Positions 10,009 to 20,949 of a stretch of 64,000 nucleotides of DNA are shown piece by piece (positions within the stretch are counted from its first letter, which is position 1; each line of letters opens with the position of its first letter). The DNA lies in NCBI RefSeq assembly GCF_963921235.1, contig NC_086097.1:223884001-223948000 (forward strand), given 5' to 3'. Below the pieces are notes generated by a model. That model was given only the letters and a program-made list of their open reading frames with translations. It made no database searches and had not been told where the DNA came from. The position numbers and the translations under genes were made by a program. This DNA is from Mobula hypostoma. Taxonomy: Eukaryota.

Positions 10009-12370
10009 TTAGCGGAAGTTAGAGAAGTCGATGTTCATGCCATCAGGTTGGAGGCTACCCAGACGGAATATAAGGTGTTGTTCCTCCAACCTGAGTGTGG
10101 CTTCATCTTTACAGTAGAGGAGGCCGTGGATAGACATGTCAGAATGGGAATGGGATGTGGAATTAAAATGTGTGGCCACTGGGAGATCCTGCTTTCTCTG
10201 GCGGACAGAGCGTAGATGTTCAGCAAAGCGGTCTCCCAGTCTGCGTCGGGTCTCGCCAATATATAAAAGGCCACATTGGGAGCACCGGACGCAGTATATC
10301 ACCCCAGTCGACTCACAGGTGAAGTGATGCCTCTCCTGGAAGGACTGTTTGGGGCCCTGAATGGTGGTAAGGGAGGAAGTGTAAGGGCATGTGTAGCACT
10401 TGTTCTGCTTACACGGATAAGTGCCAGGAGGGAGATCAGTGGGGAGGGATGGGGGGGACGAATGGACAAGGGAGTTGTGTAGGGAGTGATCCCTGCGGAA
10501 TGCAGGGGGGGGAGGGAAAGATGTGCTTAGTGGTGGGATCCTGTTGGAGGTGGCGGAAGTTATGGAGAATAATATCTTGGACCCGGAGGCTGGTGGGGTG
10601 GTAGGTGAGGACCAGGGGAACCCTATTCCTAGTGGGGTGGTGGGAGGATGGAGTGAGAGCAGATGTACGTGAAATGGGGGAGATGCGTTTAAGAGCAGAG
10701 TTGATAGTGGAGGAAGAGAAGCCCCTTTCTTTAAAAAAGGAAGACATCTCCCTCGTCCTAGAATGAAAAGCCTCATCCTGAGAGCAGATGCGGCGGAGAC
10801 GGAGGAATTGCGAGAAGGGGATGGCGTTTTTGCAAGAGACAGGGTGAGAAGAGGAATAGTCCAGATAGCTGTGAGAGTCAGTAGGCTTATAGTAGACATC
10901 AGTGGATAAGCTGTCTCCAGAGACAGAGACCGAAAGATCTAGAAAGGGGAGGGAGGTGTCGGAAATGGACCAGGTAAACTTGAGGGCAGGGTGAAAGTTG
11001 GAGGCAAAGTTAATAAAGTCAACGAGTTCTGCATGCGTGCAGGAAGCAGCGCCAATGCAGTCGTCGATATAGCGAAGGAAAAGTGGGGGACAGATACCAG
11101 AATAGGCACGGAACATAGATTGTTCCACAAACCCAACAAAAAGGCAGGCATAGCTAGGACCCATACGGGTGCCCATAGCTACACCTTTAGTTTGGAGAAA
11201 GTGGGAGGAGCCAAAGGAGAAATTATTAAGAGTAAGGACTAATTCCGCTAGACGGAGCAGAGTGGTGGTAGAGGGGAACTGATTAGGTCTGGAATCCAAA
11301 AAGAAGCGTAGAGCTTTGAGACCTTCCTGATGGGGGATGGAAGTATATAAGGACTGGACATCCATGGTGAAAATAAAGCGGTGGGGGCCAGGGAACTTAA
11401 AATCATCGAAAAGTTTAAGAGCGTGAGCAGTGTCACGAACATAGGTGGGAAGGGATTGAACAAGGGGTGATAAAACCGTGTCGAGGTATGCAGAAACGAG
11501 TTCGGTGGGGCAGGAGCAAGCTGAGACAATAGGTCGGCCAGGACAGGCAGGTTTGTGGATCTTGGGTAGGAGGTAGAAACGGGAAGTGCGGGGTGTGGGA
11601 GCTATAAGGTTGGTAGCAGTGGATGGGAGATCCCCTGAGCGGATAAAGTTGGTGAAGGTGTGGGAGACAATGGCCTGGTGCTCCTTAGTGGGGTCACAAT
11701 CGAGGGGTAAATAAGAGGAGGTATCCGCGAGTTGTCGCTGTGCCTCGGCAAGGTAGAACTCAGTACGCCAGACTACAACAGCACCCCCCTTATCGGCGGG
11801 TTTAATAATAAGGTTAGGATTAGTGCGGAGGGAGTGGAGAGTAGAGCGTTCCGAAGGAGTGAGGTTGGAATGGGGACAAGATGCAGTGAAGTCGAGACGG
11901 TTGATGTCCCGTCGGCAGTTGGCAATAAAGAGATCCAGAGCAGGCAGAAGACCAGAGCGGGGTGTCCATGAAGAAGAGGAGGGTTGAAGACGGGAGAAGG
12001 GGTCATCGGTGGGGGTGGAAGAGTCCTTGCCGAAGAAGTAGGCTCGGAGACGGAGACGGCGGAAGAAAAGTTCCGCATCGTGGCGAACACGGAACTCGCT
12101 GAGGTGTGGGCGAAGGGGGACAAACGTGAGGCCCTTACTGAGAACAGAGCGCTCTGCCTCCGACAGTTGAAGGTCGGAGGGGATGGTAAAGACCCGGCAC
12201 GGATGAGAGCTGGGATCAGAGGGGGGAGGGGGGAGGCTGGGGGTGTCAATGGAGAGGGGAGGGTTGGGGTGAGAGGAAGATGGAGCCTCTGAGGGCCCAG
12301 GAGTTGACGGTGGGATCTGAGGAAGACGGGGCTGCGGAGTGGTGGTGGGGGAAGGGGAGACGGGAGTCAC
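10009..12370 (-). CDS. PLE reverse transcriptase + Cys-rich linker + GIY-YIG endonuclease (5' truncated, frameshift in poly-C near 10510)
   Basis: Motifs IKPADKGG, YLLPKIHK, MDVQSLYTSIP, GVAMGTRMGPSYA and RYIDD in the first frame, then CKQNKCYTC, VIYCVRCSQC and LYIGETRRRLGDRFAEH in the second frame. Confidence 0.9.
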
Positions 12371-12470
12371 AACAGCAGCACATAAAGACCCGGCCTGGAG
12401 TTCAAGGCTGGAGTCGCAGTTGGTGGTTGTGCAATCACTTCGAATGTGTCCATGGTCGTTGCTGGAGAAA

Positions 12471-14060
12471 CCACTCCCCGCACTTCCCGTTTCTACCTCC
12501 TACCCAAGATCCACAAACCTGCCTGTCCTGGCCGACCTATTGTCTCAGCTTGCTCCTGCCCCACCGAACTCGTTTCTGCATACCTCGACACTGTTTTATC
12601 ACCCCTTGTTCAATCCCTTCCGACCTATGTTCGTGACACTGCTCACGCTCTTAAACTTTTCGATGATTTTAAGTTCCCTGGCCCCCACCGCTTTATTTTC
12701 ACCATGGATGTCCAGTCCTTATATACTTCCATCCCCCATCAGGAAGGTCTCAAAGCTCTACGCTTCTTTTTGGATTCCAGACCTAATCAGTTCCCCTCTA
12801 CCACCACTCTGCTCCGTCTAGCGGAATTAGTCCTTACTCTTAATAATTTCTCCTTTGGCTCCTCCCACTTTCTCCAAACTAAAGGTGTAGCTATGGGCAC
12901 CCGTATGGGTCCTAGCTATGCCTGCCTTTTTGTTGGGTTTGTGGAACAATCTATGTTCCGTGCCTATTCTGGTATCTGTCCCCCACTTTTCCTTCGCTAT
13001 ATCGACGACTGCATTGGCGCTGCTTCCTGCACGCATGCAGAACTCGTTGACTTTATTAACTTTGCCTCCAACTTTCACCCTGCCCTCAAGTTTACCTGGT
13101 CCATTTCCGACACCTCCCTCCCCTTTCTAGATCTTTCTGTCTCTGTCTCTGGAGACAGCTTATCCACTGATGTCTACTATAAGCCTACTGACTCTCACAG
13201 CTATCTGGACTATTCCTCTTCTCACCCTGTCTCTTGCAAAAACGCCATCCCCTTCTCGCAATTCCTCCATCTCCGCCGCATCTGCTCTCAGGATGAGGCT
13301 TTTCATTCTAGGACGAGGGAGATGTCTTCCTTTTTTAAAGAAAGGGGCTTCTCTTCCTCCACTATCAACTCTGCTCTTAAACGCATCTCCCCCATTTCAC
13401 GTACATCTGCTCTCACTCCATCCTCCCACCACCCCACTAGGAATAGGGTTCCCCTGGTCCTCACCTACCACCCCACCAGCCTCCGGGTCCAACATGTTAT
13501 TCTCCGTAACTTCCGCCACCTCCAACGGGATCCCACCACTAAGCACGTCTTCCCCCCCCCCTGCATTCCGCAGGGATCGCTCCCTACACAACTGCCTTGT
13601 CCATTCGTCCCCCCCATCCCTCCCCACTGATCTCCCTCCTGGCACTTATCCGTGTAAGTGGAACAAGGGCTACACATGCCCTTACACTTCCTCCCTTACT
13701 CCTCCCATTCAGGGCCCCAAACAGTCCTTCCAGGTAAGGCATCACTTCACCTGTGAGTCGACTGGGGTGATATACTGCGTCCGGTGCTCCCGATGTGGCC
13801 TTTTATATATTGGCGAGACCCGACGCAGACTGGGAGACCGCTTTGCTGAACATCTACGCTCTGTCCGCCAGAGGAAGCAGGATCTCCCAGTGGCCACACA
13901 TTTTAATTCCACATCCCATTCCCATTCTGACATGTCTATCCACGGCCTCCTCTACTGTAAAGATGAAGCCACACTCAGGTTGGAGGAACAACACCTTATA
14001 TTCCGTCTGGGTAGCCTTCAACCTGATGGCATGAACATCGACTTCTCAAACTTCCGCTAA
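12471..14060 (+). CDS. Second, shorter PLE RT-GIY-YIG arm (frameshift in poly-C near 13555)
   Basis: ORFs 12446-13630 and 13170-14060 are nearly identical to the minus-arm translation. Confidence 0.88.
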
Positions 14061-15004
14061 GGCCCCACCTCCCCCTCGTGCCCCATCTGTTACTCCTTTT
14101 TATGCACACATTCTTTCTCTCAGTCTCCTTTTTCTCCCTCTGTCCCTCTGAATATACCTCTTGCCCATCCTCTGGGTCACCCCCCCCCGTCTTTCTTCCC
14201 GGACCTCCTGTCCCATGATCCTCTCGTATCCCCTTTTGCCTATCACCTGTCCAGCTCTCGGCTCTATCCCTCCCCCTCCTGTCTTCTCCTATCATTTTGG
14301 ATCTCGCCCTCCCCCTCCAACTTTCATATCCCTTACTCACTCTTCCTTCAGTTAGTCCTGACGAAGGGTCTCGGCCTGAAACATCGAGTGTACCTCTTCC
14401 TAGAGATGCTGCTTGGCCTGCTGCGTTCACCAGCAACTTTAATGTATGTTGCTTGAATTTCCAGCATCTGCAGAATTCCTGTTGTTTAATGTTCATACCG
14501 TCAGGTTGGAGGTACCCAGACGGAATATAAGGTGTTGCTCCTCCAACCCAAGTGTGGACTCATCGCGGCAGTAGAGGAGACCATGGACTGACATGTCGGA
14601 ATGTGAATGGGAAGTAGAATTTAACTGGCTGGCTACCAGGACATCCTGCTTTTTTCTGGGATCTGTCGCCTTGTACTTCTTCCTCCACTCCTCCCACCTT
14701 CTTACTCTGACTTCTCCTCTTTCCTTTCCAGTCATGTTGAAGGGTGTTGGTCCGAAATGTCAACTACTTACTCTTTTCCATAGCTGCTGCCTGGCCTGCT
14801 GAGTTCCTCCAGCATTTTGTGTCTGTTGCTTTAGATTTCCAGCAGTTGCAGATTTTCTCCTGTTTGTGATACTGCTGAGTTCGCCCAAAATTTTGTGTGT
14901 ATTACTCTGGATTTCCTGCCTCTGCAGAATCTCTTGTCTTTGTGGGTTTCTGGATTGTATTGTATAAATGTTGCACTTTGCACTCATTGTGAAATTGGGA
15001 GATT

Positions 15005-15657
15005 AACTGTGGTGTACTGTATCTGGTGCTCCCAATGTGGCCTCTTCTACGTGAGAACCAATGTAGAGTAGAAGACCTCTTTGTCGAGTACCTTTGCTCC
15101 ATCCGCAAAAAGCAGAATTTCCCAGTGACCATCCGTATCAATTCCAATCCCCATACCCATTCTGACATGTTGGTCTCTAGCCTCCTCTTCTGGCATGATG
15201 AGGCCACTCTCAGGGTGGAGGAGCAACACCTCATATTCCTTCTCGGTAGCCTCCAATCTAATGGCATGAACATCGATTTCTCCAACTTCTGATAATTTTT
15301 CCCACCCACACCTCTTCTTTCTTCTTCACTTCCCTACTCTGGCAACCCTCTTACCTCTTCTCGTCAGCTACCTATCACCTCCTTCTGGTGCCCCTCCTCC
15401 TTCCCGTTTTCCCATGGTCCACTCTCCTCTCCAATCAGATTCCTTCTCCACCTATCACCTCCCAGCTTCTTACTTCATCCCCCTCCCCACCCACCTTGCT
15501 TGACTCCTTCTCCTTCTCCTCCCCCCATCTTATTTTGATATCTTCCGCCTTCCTTTCCTGTCCTGATAAAGGATCTCAGCCCGAAATGTTGACTATTTAT
15601 TCATTTTGATAGATGCTGCCTGACCTGCCGAGTTCCTCCATTCATTTTTGTGTGTTG
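15005..15657 (+). mobile_element. Degenerate PLE 3' fragment (GIY-YIG end and pseudo-LTR, no tail)
   Basis: EATLRVEEQHLIFLLGSLQSNGMNIDFSNF, and a degenerate hammerhead motif near 15560. Confidence 0.8.
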
Positions 15658-17499
15658 AGGGAGTAACTGCTTTGCTAAAGTAGCTTTGATAAGGTGTCAA
15701 ACAAGTAGGCTGCTTTGTTTCGGATGCAAATAATTCATTTGAATGTTGCTAAAACTACACCCATCTCTCAAACATCTGACATGACTCATACAGTGAAAAG
15801 ACACTGGGAAGTCAAATAATTTACTGCAAGATATCCAGCCTTGGTTCTTTTGGGCGCAATATTTATATGACCTCTCTTGTTAGATTTTTCTTTGCATTTG
15901 ATAACATCCCTACTGCAAAAATTTGAATATAGAACATTTACCAATGATAATGGCTTTGAGTTTCAAGGCAAAGTAGTTAGGATGTCTCTTGCCAGGAATG
16001 GTCATTGCTTGGAATAAGTACATGAATGCACTCCTTATGTTCCCAAATGTTGTCCAGTCTTTGCAACATTCATCAAGGACTACCAAGCTACCATGCATCT
16101 GCTTTTATGATGGATGGAAGATAATTGACCAAATTCCTAAATTTTTTGTTTCAGGTATCTTTCTTTGTGTTTGCTATCACCTGGGCTGTTGCTATGGTTT
16201 TGTCTCTGATACCCAATAACTTTAATTTTACTGCGACTCCTCAGTGCTGCTCGTGGTCAAATGCTCCCTTGGTGTCAATGGCTTTTCCTCTCACTTAACC
16301 CTTGAATTTTGGACCCTGACCATGTTTGGTGTGTATTGCTTTCTGAAGGTGTGTAGTAGAACCAAAAATGAGCAACGGAAAGTAGGCTGTTGGCGAGCAA
16401 GAAATCCTGATGAGACTGTCAACGCGACTTTCCACTGTCTTGTTGATACGTAAGGGTCAAAAGACAGCAATGAGCAGAGTTGAGTTTGTTCTGTTTTTTG
16501 GTGGGCACCATATACTTGGATATTTTCCTCATTGCCAACCACTAGGAAAAAATGTGAAAACAATAACTCTTTGTCTACTCATTGGAAACTCTACTGTTGA
16601 CACATTATCAGCCAGGGAAAAATCTCTTAGCAACATAAGTGTTTTTTAACGTAAGCTTCATGTGGTGTGAATCCTTTGTGCTGATGATTCAAAAAATTAC
16701 CCAAACTAAGCTAAATATTGAAAGTGCATACCTAACTATCTTCAGCAAAACTGCATTTTCCACTTTGAATTAGAAGCAGTAAATCATACAGTGACGAGCA
16801 CAAAGCTTTTACTGAGGTATTGGAGTGACACATCAAATTTAATATCTGTTTAGAATAGTGGCATTGTGAAGGTTGAGGAAGGACCAAAGATCAGTCCACA
16901 TTAGAGATCTGCATATTCCCAAATGGGCTGTATACTCAAATCATTGAAAATTTTCATCATGTTTGGGCTGAAAACTGACAATTTTGTTGATCACCCTTGA
17001 CAAATGCATCAGATTTTCCTTTTCATTCACATTAATGTAAGGGGCGTTCCCATGCAGGTGTACAATAGCAGCCCAAATAGTATCATAACTTTTCTGAATT
17101 AACATAATTATATAGGCCATGCTTTGGAGTGCATCACCATCAAAATGATTGCACAAATGATGCATATGTGATGGGAATAATAATGACAACATTCCTTCAG
17201 TTGTCACTACATAGAACATACATGGAACTTCAGATCACAGTACAAGCTCTCTGGCCCATTGTGTTATGCTGACCTTTTAACCCACTCTAAGATCAATCTA
17301 ACCCTTTCTCCCAACACAGCCATCCATTTTTCTATCATTCATGTGCCTTCCTATGATTTTCTTAAATTCCCCTGATGTATATGCCTCTACCAACACCCTT
17401 GGCAGGGTGTTCCATGCACCCACCATTCTCTCTGTTTAACAAAAAACATCCCTCTATACTTTCCTTAACCTGAAGATTATGTCACTATGTCTTTTTTTT

Positions 17500-17700
17500 A
17501 GGTCAGCGAGCGTGTAGAGGCATCAGCACCTGACTTCGAGGCACACGGTCCTGGGTTCGAATCCGGCTGGCTCCTTGTACGCTTTCCATCTGTGCTGGGT
17601 TGAGTGTTGAGCTCGCAAGCTTGGCCTCGTAATAAAAAACAGGAATGGCAAGGTTGCTGCCGGATTTGCCTCGAGGCGCAGAGAGGAATAATGATAATAA
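17500..17700 (+). mobile_element. tRNA-derived SINE
   Basis: B box GGTTCGAATCC, a body shared with 57467-57700, and an (AAT)n tail. Confidence 0.7.
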
Positions 17701-18584
17701 CACCACTTCTTTTAAAGTAAGTCAGACTTTTAATTCAAATTGTTTGAAGTAACAAAGTGATTTTAACTCAGTTCATTCACAAGTTGGTTGTCTAATTGGC
17801 TTCTTCCTACTCTGACATCATTTTACATTGGGCCTTCTGCTGAATGACCTAAATTAACAGATGCACTGATGTAAATTAGAGGATCTACATTCTGAACACA
17901 TTGCTCAGTAAAACTAGTTGCAAGTTTAAAATTATTTTTCTGTAGTCAGTGGATGTGGCAGTACTTTTTTTGTTTGCTTGACACTTGTTGGTCTTCCATT
18001 TCAGGGAGAATGCTGTTGACTGGCACATTCCAGTGTGTGGGAGGATATGCTGAGGGACACTCCAAGGCTTAGTGTAGTCACTTGCAAAGGCTCCAACAGG
18101 AGAGACCACAGTTGCAGTCTTACCTTGAGGGGCAACTTCATGTGTGACAGCCTCTCAAACATTTCACTGAGGCGATGTTTAAGGATGCAACAAGAGTGAT
18201 GTCAACATATGGTAATGGAATGTGGAAAATTACTTGGTAAAGTGAGCACGATAGTGATGCGTCCTGATTATGTTTTTCTATATATTATGAATAAAATATA
18301 GTTTTAGGAAAAATTTACATACCTTACTGATTAGAGGACATGCAGAATGCTATTTGTCCTTACTGCTCCCTAGTAATATTAATGTAATGAAAATCTCACG
18401 GTGGACAATTTCGACTGGCAGCTGTTTTAGAATGTTAATGTTCAATCTCCAAATTAGGAGAGTACTTATCTCCTTAAATAACCCTGTATTCTTTTTTTTA
18501 AATTTAGATACTGTCAAAATATAACAGTTTGAATATTGAAGTGGCTCAATATGAAATATACTACACAATTCCAGAAAGTACTGT

Positions 18585-19093
18585 TGAACGGAGGGGCTAC
18601 TGCACAGGACTGAAGGAAGCTGCAGAAGGTTGTAAATCTAGTCAGCTCCATCTTGGGCATTGGCCTACAAAGTACCCAGGACATCTTTAGGGAGCGGTGT
18701 CTCAGAAAGGCAGCATCCATTATTAAGGACCTCCAGCACCCAGGGCATGCCCTTTTCTCACTGTTACCATCAGGTAGGAGATACAGAAGCCTGAAGGCGC
18801 ACACTCAGTGATTCAGAATCAGCTTCTTCCCCTCTGCCATCCGATTCCTAAATGGACATTGAAGCTTCAGACACTACCTCACTTTTTTAATATACAGTAT
18901 TTCTGTTTTTGCACATTTAAAAAAATCTACTCAATATAGGTAATTGATTTACTTGTTTATTTAATATTATGTTTATTTTATTTATTATTATTCTTTTCTC
19001 TCTCTGCTAGATTATGTACTGCATTGAACTGCTGTAGCTAAATTAACAAATTTCACGTCACATACTGGTGATAATAAACCTGATTCTGATTCT
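18585..19093 (+). mobile_element. Rex1/Babar-type LINE 3' fragment
   Basis: KAASIIKDLQHPGHALFSLLPSGRRYRSL remnant and an (ATTCTG)n tail. Confidence 0.75.
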
Positions 19094-19204
19094 AGATTTT
19101 CCCAGTATTAGTAAGCTCAAGACAAACAGAACTGTCCTGGAAAATAACATAATGAAGGCCAACTGCAGTAAGAAAACTTGGACAATATGTGAAGCAGGTT
19201 TTCA

Positions 19205-19645
19205 TAAGACCTCAAGGCATGGGAGCAGAATTAGGCCATTCTGCCCATCGATTCTGCTCCGCAATTCCACCATGGCTGATTTATTATCCCTCACAGCCCC
19301 ATTCTTCTGCCTTCTTCCTGTAACCTTTGATGCCCTGACTAATCAACAACCTATCAACCTCCACTTTGAATGTACCCAATGACTTGACCTCCATAGTCAT
19401 CTGTGGCAATGAATTCCATAGATTCACCACCTTCCTCCTGATCTCTGTTCTAAATGGATGTCCTTCTATGTTGAGGCTGCTCCCCCTGGACTCATACTCC
19501 CCACTATAGGAAACATTGTTTTCGCATCCACTCTATCTTTCAACATTTGATAAAAGTCCAATTCCTCCTCATTCTTCTGAACTCCAGTGAGTACAGGCCC
19601 ATAACCATCAAATGCCCCTCATACATTAACCCTTTCATTCCCAGT
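19205..19645 (-). mobile_element. CR1-type LINE 3' fragment
   Basis: Reverse complement of the CR1 3' end seen elsewhere in the window. Confidence 0.7.
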
Positions 19646-19649
19646 ATCA

Positions 19650-19970
19650 GAAAAGGCCCTCTGGTGCCTCTCATTCCTTACATGCTCCCACCGTCCTCTC
19701 TACTCTCCTATCAGATTCTGTTTTCTCTAGTCCTGTACCTTTCCCACCCACCTGGTTTTACCTATCACCTTCTAGCTAGTCCGCCTTCCCCTACCCCCAC
19801 TTTTCTCTGTCTGGCATCTTCCCCCTTCCTTTCCAGTCCTGAAGAAGGGTTTTAGCCTGAAACATCGACCGTTTATTCACTTCTATAGATGTTGCCTGAC
19901 CTGATGAGATCCTTCAGCATTTTGTGTGTGTTGTTCTGGATTTCCAGCATCTGCAGAATCTCTTGCATTT
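19650..19970 (+). mobile_element. PLE pseudo-LTR fragment with tail
   Basis: AGTCCTGAAGAAGGGTTTTAGCCTGAAACATCGAC motif and the ccagcatctgcagaatctc tail. Confidence 0.75.
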
Positions 19971-20244
19971 ACTAGGATCTGGAGGGATATGGACATTGTG
20001 TAGATAGAAGGGATTAGATTTTGGTGTTTTTGGTTCACTTTTTAGTTGGTTCGGCACATTGTAGTCTGAAGGGCCCGTTCCTTTGCTGTACTGTTCTATA
20101 TTTTATGTCCTTATTAAGTTCATCTACCATTTCTTTGTTCCCCATTACTAACTCTCCAGCATCATTTTCCAGCAGTCCAATATCTAATCTCAACTCTCTT
20201 TTACTCTTTGTATATCCAAAAAATGTTTTGTATCTTCTTTTGTA

Positions 20245-20949
20245 TGTAGCCCCCCCCCCCCCCCGGCCACCCCCAGGGTCGCTCGGCTCGCTGTCGTCTA
20301 GGGAAACAGCCCTCGGCCCCGGCTAACTGGATAATTTGTTTGTGTGGATGCTGTGTGAGGTACCCCACCCCGCCCAAATAACAGACAATACACCAGATGC
20401 AATTAAATCATATATAGTTTATAGATATTACTGGAACTATATAATTAAAGGAGAATAAAATATAAAAGGAAAATAAAAGGCGCCACACTTATCAAAGTTC
20501 AATCTCTTCGTGCACAAAAACCGTTGGAGCTCAAGGACCTTCTTCTTCACCCTGCGACCCCCTCGGACCACCTCGACCAGCCGCCTGGGACCAACAACGG
20601 TGGTCGACCAGACGCGCCACACGAATCCGTCTCCGTCTCCTTGCTGAACGTCCCGCTCGGGGTCCGACCCTGTTAGCGGACTCACAGCACCTCGTCCATC
20701 CTCTGTCTCGCTCTCCCGCCTTCTCCCCCCAAAACCCCCTCGCAAACAGTATCTTCAAATACACCAAAACCATAACAACTATCCCAATTGGTTAATAACA
20801 TATTTCTTATCACCCTCTAAACCACAACAAGCTGCTAGCGCAAACTTTCTCAGCGTTAAGACAACAAAGCCGCATTCCCCAGATTAACATAACAAAGACG
20901 CCATTTTAATTAGCCTCCGCAGTAACATAAAAATCGAAACCTCCTTACA
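20245..20949 (-). mobile_element. Solo LTR (705 bp), probably Gypsy
   Basis: TGTA...TACA termini, 4-bp TSD TGTA (20241-20244 / 20950-20953), CpG-rich, interrupts a CR1. Strand is a guess. Confidence 0.75.

Larger units (their letters stand above)
9619..14487. mobile_element. Young Penelope-like (probably Neptune-clade) element as an inverted, 3'-ends-outward insertion
   Basis: The minus arm 9619-~12470 and plus arm 12471-14487 share ~2 kb of near-identical sequence. TSD is AATGTTTATACC (9607-9618) / AATGTTCATACC (14488-14499). Confidence 0.93.
9237..14868 (-). mobile_element. Older PLE 3' fragment split by the young palindromic PLE (pieces ~9237-9618 and 14488-14868)
   Basis: The sequence reads continuously across the TSD (gaagtcAATGTTYATACCgtcaggttggagg). 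It switches to plus orientation near 14662 and ends in a tail. Confidence 0.75.

Noticed and set aside
9570..10022. Recurring 130-165-aa ORFs (LVNAAGQAAS...GRDPSSGLTEGR), also near 13996, 23987, 24411 and 45299
   Set aside because: These are antisense translations of the same PLE pseudo-LTR. Recurrence reflects repeat copies, not a gene family.
15880..16660. Unique sequence with short ORFs and possible acceptors on both strands
   Set aside because: No recognisable protein and no consistent exon chain. It cannot be assigned to a neighbouring gene.
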